Positions 54,636 through 64,000 of a stretch of DNA of 64,000 nt are shown here, in pieces (position 1 is the stretch's first letter; each line of letters starts with the position of its first letter). This stretch comes from Tubiluchus corallicola (taxonomy: Eukaryota; Animalia; Priapulida), in the NCBI GenBank assembly GCA_030141605.1, contig JAQGDQ010000059.1, forward strand, positions 434,001-498,000. The letters run 5' to 3'. The notes under the pieces are model-generated. The model was not told the DNA's origin. It did not search any database and saw only the letters and a program-made list of their open reading frames with translations. A program made the translations under genes and the position numbers.

Positions 54636-57119
54636 AAGTAACACAGACGCAGCGTATATTTTAACACAGGGGAGAAAGCGCCTCTCAAATTATAGTAACA
54701 CAAAGGCATCCGAAAGAGCTTTATTTTTGTTGATAAGTAGAAGCTCTTTTTGATTCGTGTTTTGGGTTTTGTAATAAAGTAACTGGGTTTCAACTGAAAA
54801 ATGAAATTTCGTATCGACCCTATGGTCACACTGAATACTGCAACGTATAAAATTCGCTATCGATACCGTCCCATATTTATCAATTTGCAAATGATATCCA
54901 AATTTAATGTATTCTTATACAAATCTAATGAAGCAAATTTTTAATACCGTGTAGAACAATGGAAATTGCAGGTGTAATTCAGTCTTTAATTTACTTGTGT
55001 GTGTACAACAGACTTAAAATAACGATATTATATCACCTGAAATTACCAGTTTAACGTAATAACTTTTAGTAATAATTTTGGGCCTAAATTGAAAATTGAG
55101 CTGAGATTATTTAAAGTGACATAAGAAGGTTGAAATATTTCACTTTTCGTATTTAAATCCATATGAAATTAACAAGGTTTATATGAAAAAGATGTTTCGC
55201 AACAGTTCAAGAAATCACACATAACAAATTAACAATTAAGAAAATTTAAAATCTCACTCACCAGTACAGCGTACTTTATGTGCAGTGCATGGGTTCAGAA
55301 CTCCGGAAATATTTTCTTTCACAGTGTACAGTGTCCAATGTTTACTGTCAATGATTTTCTTAAGCTTTCCCACATAGCTCACGCTGTTTCTGTTTAAGCT
55401 GAATCTACTGGGAAGCCGGCTGCAATGGATATTTGAACTCGGGCAACATCTGGCAAAAGTGACGTCAGTGTTACGTCACGCTACCAATGGAAACCACTAC
55501 TCGGAGCTGGCTGTGCACAAATCAATGCCTGCTTGCTCACTAAACTCGAGTTTTCAGAGCAAATGAGAGCAAAAACCTTGATAAGAAGTAAATTGATCGG
55601 AGCCTGCGTAAGTCAAACCCATTTATGAGGATCGGTTTTTTACTGGGATGAAAATCCGCCCTGACAATCATATGGATTTCGCTATAAAGCAGTAAACTTT
55701 TTTTCCGTGTAAATTGGGTTTATTTCGTAATAACTGGCATTTTAATACTTGTTTACTTTTAACCGATTCTAAAGAATATTATTGAAATAACGTCTTGACA
55801 GATCTTATCTTTCTTCTCTCTTTTTTTATTTTGAACACAAAAATTAAACAATTATGCTAAGAAATGACCGTAGATCTCCAAATTTTGTTCCCTTAAACCT
55901 GTGGAATCTATAATATAACAATTGCTTTACATTGGCTTCACATTATGCAACACATTGCAGAAAACTTGAATGCATAATTGTGGTATTAAGTTGCGTGCCT
56001 TTAACAACATTCGTCATGAAATTTTTAAGGTAAGTTTCCTAACTTTATAGACTTGTTGGACATGTGTAATTATCAACTTGTGCATGCAGCTGATATCAAC
56101 TTGCGTGTAGACAATACCTAAAACCAAAAGCGAGTACAGCTGGATGCGGCTGTTTTGCTGCATAAAACCTGGTATAGGGGACCTAGGGAGCATTAACTGC
56201 AGTGTCATTTCTGTGTGTGACGGAATTTCATCTTATTACTTAAAAGACTAGATATGGGCGATACATTGACAAGTGTTACTATCTTTATTTGATTTGCTGG
56301 CTACCAAATCATAGCTTATTTTTAATCTAACTTCATTTTTAATTCCAAACTAGTTACAAATTTCCTGCTTGAGTGGATAGTTAAGTATGATAAGATTTAT
56401 CAGACACATGTGTAATAATTTTTCTGTTAGATGTGCGTGTTTTCCAGTCTTGTGGGAAAGGATTAGGTTTCTTATGGTTTTCTTCTGTTTTGTGTAATGA
56501 TCGTCCTTATGGTAGTCGATTTACGATGATTTGTCATGATTATAAGCCACTTAGAAGTGTTAAATTAACTAGCTTTACTTTAACGTTAACTTACTTTAAA
56601 TATGGTATCTAACTTTAAATCATTTTTAAAGTTAGATAGGCATACATTCAGTATTCGATACAAGCATGCGAAGCTACTTAACTAAGTACAGCAGCTAAGC
56701 TAAGTAGCTCATTGTAATTATCTTTGCTGTTGTTACGTCACGGGGTTAATGATGTGAAATAACAGTTTACTGCAGCTGGACTAAGGGTAAATTGTTTGTT
56801 CCTTTTTGTAAGGTCATAAGCTAGTGCTCCAATAAGGCACAATAAGGTGGAAGTTGCTCTAAGCACCTATTATATTCCTTGGGGTTATCTTAAAAATGTC
56901 ATCTCTTTTGAAAATACATGTTAAATTCAAGGCAAGGATTTTATTTACTATGATAATTTGTATTGATGTTTTGAACTTTACAATATTGTTGCAATTAATG
57001 TAAAGTTTTTTAACTATTTGTGTTTGTGAAATGTGAAAGATTTACGAAATAAAAATAAAAATTTGACTGATTATTTTAGTGCGGCGGGGACAGACAAGTA
57101 GTCATGGTGTGCTTGGCTA

Positions 57120-57185
57120 CAAAACTTAATCAGTCTAGTTTGATCAGTAAATGGATGGGTGACATCTGGGAATGGTGATTCTGGG
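57120..57185 (+). other. Possible degenerate 5S-rRNA-derived fragment (SINE3-like head)
   Basis: GATCAGTAAATGGATGGGTGACATCTGGGAA resembles the 5S internal control region (AGTACTTGGATGGGAGACCGCCTGGGAA). The match is short and divergent. Confidence 0.35.
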
Positions 57186-59574
57186 CAATTAAACTTTACT
57201 GAGGTAGCTTGTATGTACATATGTAGATGGCTAAGATACCACTACCAGTACAGTGACTCGGGCATCAACCTAAGTAAGAGTCCAGTACTGCCACAAGTAT
57301 CAACGTAGTAAGCATGCCCAACTATTGAATGCTTGACGCCGGCTCGTAGTCATACTCTCACGATGATAACCAGGCGCAAATGAAATTCGGAAAACAGACA
57401 GAACAAAAGATAGATTTCTGAAAAGGAATTCTGTTACCTAGCTGTTACCTAGATAATCCCATTAAACTTTATTTTTTCACAACATTGGTGGTACGCAGAC
57501 TGCTGATAAATAGCGAAAGTGAACGGAGAACATGAAAAAATTGTTGCTACAAATAAAATCTCATTTTTCCAGTTTCACTCACAGCTTGTGTGTGACGACA
57601 AACACGTGCCCAGTGTGATGACTTCACAAGTGGCAATGACATATTTTCTTCTGTTTTCTTGTTTGCTGTTCTGCCGGTTTGTCATGGATGACATTATCCC
57701 GCGTTCGGAACAGGATCCATTTCGTACAAAAAATGTAGAGAAGTATCGTGTCTCATACTTTAGTCCGAAAGGCATTTTACTGTATTTAATAATTAAAATA
57801 ATGTTTTCAATATGCATGGTCAGAGTGAAAGATTACTCTTTCTAACTTTTGGCTTAGAAGTTTTCCAAGTGCGCCCTTTTGCTGGGGCCACCCCCATTCC
57901 TTCCAGGGTCGAGGATCGGTTTCGTAATGAATAAGTAACTGTAATTGTAAACGAAGCCTACGCCCGTTTCTTACGCGTCTCTTCGGAATAGGTCAATGCC
58001 AGCTCGACTGTAAACTTTTCAAGAAACTCATTAACATAGGCCAAAACAATTTGCTAGGACATCCTGTAATACCCAGACAGCTTCTAGTAGTGGAAATTAT
58101 TGTGACATCTTGAAATGCTGCTACCCTTTCGTGCTTTCAAACAATGAAGACTCATACACTTATCTACATATATAAATAAGATTTACTATATTAATTAGGT
58201 GCTAAATATTTTCTTAAAGTCTTCCAATTTCTGTTAAATGCAGAGTTTTCCACTGTTGCTGGTTTCTTCTCTTTCTCGCTCTCTATAATATATATATATA
58301 TATACTATATATAATAGTATAAACGTAGTCCTTAAGCTCTAAGATATCCCACCGTAAAAATTATTTCAATCTGCGGCTGTTTTGTTTTTAGAGTGTAGCC
58401 TTGTCGTTAAGTAAGCTTGCGGGAAGATTTCATGTTTTATACAAAGTTTCAAGTTTTTAACTGCATAACGCAGTTTAAAATGTATAGAGAAATATTAAAG
58501 CGTGCAAAGCTGCAAACTCGGGTTTCAATTCTCAAAATAAATAAAACTGTTGCATCGCGACATTACTGATCGAAGCATATCTGTAATGTACTTTTTAGTC
58601 TGTTGAAATAAGTTCCAATATTTATTCTGGGAGTTTAAATTCTCAATGGCAGTTCGAATTCCCCCATTCGAAGAACAACCAGGCACCAATAAACAGAAAG
58701 TGACCAACTGGGCGTAACTACCATTATTTTCTTGAAAACCAACTTCCCTGCTTGCAAAATCTATTTCACTCTAATGCCAGTGTCCTGTTTTTAGGGATGA
58801 ATCAGCTATAGGGTGGATAGATTCATCACTACGATAGCGTCGCCTGGCTGTCTACCAAGAATCGAACTGGAGTGATGCAACCCAATCCATCGCTGACTCA
58901 CCTTTTTTCGCTGCAAAACACGTGCGCTTACTTTAGCGCTTGTCAACTTTGTAAACGCGTAAAACACGGGTACGCCTGAAGTCAAGTTCATTTATCCTCT
59001 GTGGTTCCTGGAAGCATCGTCATTTGCATTTCGAGAGCGGTTCCATGCACATGACAGTGGATACCCCCTGCATGGAAAGCCTTTGCAAATTTACCCAGCA
59101 CGAGGACAGAACGCTTCTGGAATTAAATATTCAGTATAGTTCAGCAGACAAAGATGATTAAAATGTCATCGTTTATAGTAACAGTTATTTACCTCCTCCG
59201 TCAAGTCTTCTGTCTGGATTGGTTCTTCTCTCCTGTGCCAAGCCGACAAATCACATGCAGCTGGAGCGAAGTGAGATAAAGGAAGAAGACGTGCAGAAAA
59301 GAAGACAACAACACACAAAAAATGCAAAGCGGATGTACTGGATTATGCGCGAAAGCCGCATGCCTCAAGGACAAGACTACGGTCAGGGAAACTTCCGTAC
59401 ATTAACACATAAAAACAAATAAAGATGTACAAGTTTAAACTATAATGCTAGCAACGTTAGCATTAGACGCAGGCTAATCTTATGCAATGAAATTAGTTCT
59501 ATGTAGGAAATCCCATGATGATATGGCGTCATAGTCATCATTGCAAATTCTTGTAATCAGTCAATGTCACGTAC

Positions 59575-59800
59575 ATAGTGTGACTTCGACAAGAGCAGCA
59601 AACGTCGTTTTCTTAAATAATTTAACCATCTTGGAGTTAGGCCTTGCTTGATACCATGACTTTGTTCTTTCGTATTTATGCGCGAGCTTGAGTCAAAATA
59701 AATTAATATTATCTGCTCCTTCAGTTCTGCATGGTGGGGTTCCTCAAGGTACCCGTCTTGGTCCTGTACTGTTTCAGATTTTGGTAAAGATTTAGCAGCA
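59575..59800 (+). mobile_element. Degenerate non-LTR (LINE) reverse-transcriptase fragment
   Basis: It translates to LHGGVPQGTRLGPVLFQILV (the GVPQG..LGP.LF RT motif), preceded by LGVRPCLIP* with stops and frameshifts. Confidence 0.8.
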
Positions 59801-61334
59801 AACAATGATTTTAGCACCCAAGTAGATTCTCTTATTTTTTAAACGAAAGTTTATTGCATTATTATTTTATTATTTATTTTAGGCATTTATAGTCCATAGA
59901 AAACTAAAAATAAGGACAAGTGAAAACACAGAGTTAGTTTACAAAAACATAGTAAATTTATATACAAGAAAGAGTTAGTTATAATGGGTAAACTGTAATA
60001 ATTATTATTGCGGTGCATTAATGAGTGACAGGATTTATTATGTTAGATGAAATTATTTACGATGAAATTATGTTAGACTCGATGGTTTTATTTAAATGCT
60101 AATGAAGGGACTAAAGCAGCCGACCAACTGATCTAATTTAAGCAACCAAACCAACAAATTTAAATGAATGAATAAAATAACGATGTGAATTGAATAAAAA
60201 GACAAATGAGCAAACAAACTATAAGGCATAAGAACGAAGAGATGAATGGACGGACGGATAAATGAGTGAAAGAACAAATGAACAAACAAATGAATCAAAT
60301 GAAAACAAAAAATTAATTAACTACCATTTAGCCTCAGTATACGAACAAACAAGCGATATATTTAAGGCTTCAGTGCGCGAGTTTTCTTCATCAGTATAAC
60401 AACATCTTTAGTCAAAACACTGAAACGCCCCGCAAATAGCAATTTGCGTGGGATATAATAAGTTAATTACCTGCGCGTTTAACCAAAAATAAATGTCACG
60501 GAGAAGTTGTTTATATGCAGATCTCCTTGCGGATGTAATTAAAGCCATATTGTTGAGTGCTGCTTATTTACCCCTCAGAATCTTGGAGAACAGCTTCAAG
60601 AAGTAAAGGCATCACTCGTAGGTGTCTAATCGCCTGTGCAAAGAACTGCGTGGTACAAGTTGTTGTATTAGGTGACACGTCCTAATGAAGACTTAAGTGC
60701 GAAAATGGGGGGCTTCGCTGAGTCAGCTGTTATAGGAAGCCTTGTAATTCCGCTAGAGCTAATGAAAGGGACTGGGACACGAGTCCCTGGTGGTTCCTGC
60801 TGCTGTCAGCTCGTAATATCACGGCCATTGTCTTCGTCGCAAAACTTTTCATTAAGCAATTTAGGTGCTTGTGACTACAAATAGTTGAGTCAAATTCTTT
60901 AATTGCTGACTGGCAGGTTCAAGTTACGGCTTGGAACTGTAATCAGATAATCTAGTTGGTCCAGTAAAATCCAAATAACTTTGTGTTTAAAATGCCGTCT
61001 GCAGTCTGCAACGATTTACATTTTACTACGTACTGTTGTGACCACTGTTCCCTTTCTAGTACTTCTAGTAATTTCACCCACGCCTAATCACGATCGCATT
61101 GCAACCAAAATATTCCACCTCAGTAGAACTTCCAACTCAGTATTGCGTAGACCCTTCAACGCAGATGAATTTAAATGAATACGCCAGATTTGTCGGCAGC
61201 AATGCTCTCTTCAGATATAATGAAAGATATTTTCTCATTCAACAGGGCCTTAGGCAAACCGACAGATAGTTCCTCCAACTATAGACAATATCCGTTTAGC
61301 TAGCTTGTCATGTTGCCTGTCAAGCAGTCAGGTG

Positions 61335-61542
61335 GCAAACCAACCAATCCGTCACCAACCCCAACAAACAAGCAAGCAACAACCAATCAACTTACTGACT
61401 GACTGTTTGACCAACTAAGCAACCAACCAAGCAAAGAAGCAACCTAACGACCAACAAACTAACCCACCAATCAACCAAACAAACAATCAAGCAACCAGCA
61501 AACCAACCAACTAACAAACCAACCAACTAACCAACCAAACCA
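61335..61542. repeat. Degenerate (AACC)n tetranucleotide low-complexity tract
   Basis: Directly visible. Confidence 0.7.
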
Positions 61543-63479
61543 GTACATTTTTCTAGTCTTTATTTTTTCAAGTATTTTATTTTCCTGTTTTCCTGTTTTC
61601 GTTAGAAAAGCCACGAACTTGATATAATTTCATAAGCCGTGGATCATGCTTGAGATACGACGAAGCAATTTTATTGAAGGTGAAACCTAATTCATACCGT
61701 CTGCGAAGCAAGTTCTTTGCGCTTGCGTACACTAACGCCAATGTGTGTTTTGTCCAAACAAATATAATAACTTGATAATAAAGTGTGAACTAGTAAGACT
61801 TCATAGTAGAGCTATGATTACTAGAACGAGAATAATTTGAATAATTCATATTTACAATGGCATTTTGTCTGAGAGCGTCTACATGTAGGTGAAAAATGTA
61901 AAAATGCACAAGATATGGCTTGATGCGTACGTTTCCCACTTTTGCCGAAATGGTTTATTTTGACGCTCCAAATTTTTGCTATGTAAATTAATATAAAGCA
62001 TGCTCAAAATTCAAAATTAGTAGCAAAAGTCCAATTTACTACTAAGAGACAAAGCCCACATTCTCTTGTAGTGAGAGGTAGAAGATAGAAAGAAAAAAGG
62101 AGAAAAGGTAGAAACGTAGGCGAGAGGCATATTAAGGCAAAAAACAGACAAAGGAAAACGAAAACAGGAAAAGGACAACGGACAAAAGGTAGAAATGAAA
62201 AGTAGATGGACGGACAGATGGATGGATGAATGGATGGATAGATAGACAGGGGGAGGGAAGAGAAAAATAAAAAATATCGGTGATACAAGAAACAGAGAAG
62301 AGAGAGTGAGACAAAGGGAGAGAGCATGGAAAGAGAAAGACGGAAAAGCAAGAGAGAGAGAGAAAGAGCGAAAGAGAAACAGAGAGAAAGAAAGAAAGAA
62401 AGTGGGGGCGGGGGAAAGAAGGCTTTAGCAAATTTGAAGTGATTGTCGACAGCTACATACAATCGATTTTATGGTGTTCGAAACAGAAGAAAATGAGTTT
62501 TATAACATTGATTTTATAGTAAAACTAAGTTTATGTGCAGAGATATTGTGCTCCACAATAAAGAATCTACAACCTTTATGTAGCTATTACCTACACGGTT
62601 ATGCTTTTAATGTTTAAAGGTATTTAAATGTCAAGGTATGAGAAGCCCGTGAGCGCAGTGACGCATTTCTCGCGTAGTGGAGTATTTCTCAAGCGAGAGC
62701 AACAGGCATAGCAAAATTAGTCATTTTGGAGCTAAGTCGTAAAAAAGATCCATATTTCGTGAATTTGGTGAAATGATAAAAAATCAAATCTTGGAAACGA
62801 CGCTCCTGGCCTAAGTGGGGGAAAGGCGACTAATTAGATGAGATGCCCTTTAAGTCTATAATGATCAGCCACAAATCTGACATTAAAGTCTGATGTTATG
62901 AATGGAAGAAGTGAAGAGGAAAGGTGTGACAAGTAAAGGTCTGTGAACCGTGACATTTCTTTATTGGTTTTCATCAATGGCTGAACAAATTCAAGTACAT
63001 ACATAATAATTCATGTGACATTTTGATTATTGAGCTTTTGCATTTACAAGGAGCCAGCGCTCACTTATTAAAACCCGCCTATTAATTAACCTTAATTGTT
63101 GATGACTGACAACAATTTCTGTTGTATTTTGAAATTCTCCTTACTTACATAAGCTATGTTTATAGATATACGTACGGCTTGCACATAAATTATATAGTCA
63201 GGCAATCTTCCGATCTTCACAGCAAGCTGTAAACAGTTACTTTATGGCAAAGCCTATGATTACATGTGAAAGATATTAAGAGAATTACTTGTTTCTTCAA
63301 GACTCGAAATCTGTAACAATTGTTCCACTTCGAATAAGTTATAGATACCTGTAAAAGATTCTTGCAACACCATATACTGTAATATAATTACAAGAGCACT
63401 GAAATGAGTGGATATTACAAAGCAGAATTACAAAGAAATAAACTCATAATACCAATAATAAAAATATGCTGAAGGGATA

Positions 63480-64000
<521 letters not shown>

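Noticed and set aside
60420-61250. Possible further retroelement coding remnant
   Set aside because: Composition is suggestive, but I could not read a diagnostic motif with confidence.

Overview
AT-rich, microsatellite-rich animal genomic DNA (spliceosomal GT-AG introns, interstitial TTAGGG, so probably a non-arthropod invertebrate). I could assemble five protein-coding genes by hand, all on the minus strand, using phase-consistent splice sites. (1) The 5' part of a natriuretic-peptide-receptor/receptor-guanylyl-cyclase-like gene (7 exons, 10643->2723, running off the window), with an unusual ~300-aa His/Asp tandem repeat in front of the ligand-binding domain. (2) A small two-exon gene for a probable mitochondrial helical protein. 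(3) A ~1620-aa protein encoded almost entirely by one 4.86-kb exon, with motifs recalling MACPF, Tc-toxin TcA C-terminus and Clostridium P47/TULIP domains. It is a candidate bacterial-type toxin fusion and the most striking item. (4) A four-exon two-TM membrane protein. (5) An SBK1/meng-po-like Ser/Thr kinase with an intronless CDS. The rest holds Ty3/gypsy RNase H and LINE RT relics, MITE-like inverted-repeat elements (one family carrying telomeric repeats), a tRNA-like SINE head and many simple repeats. All family assignments rest on motif recognition by eye; no database search was run.
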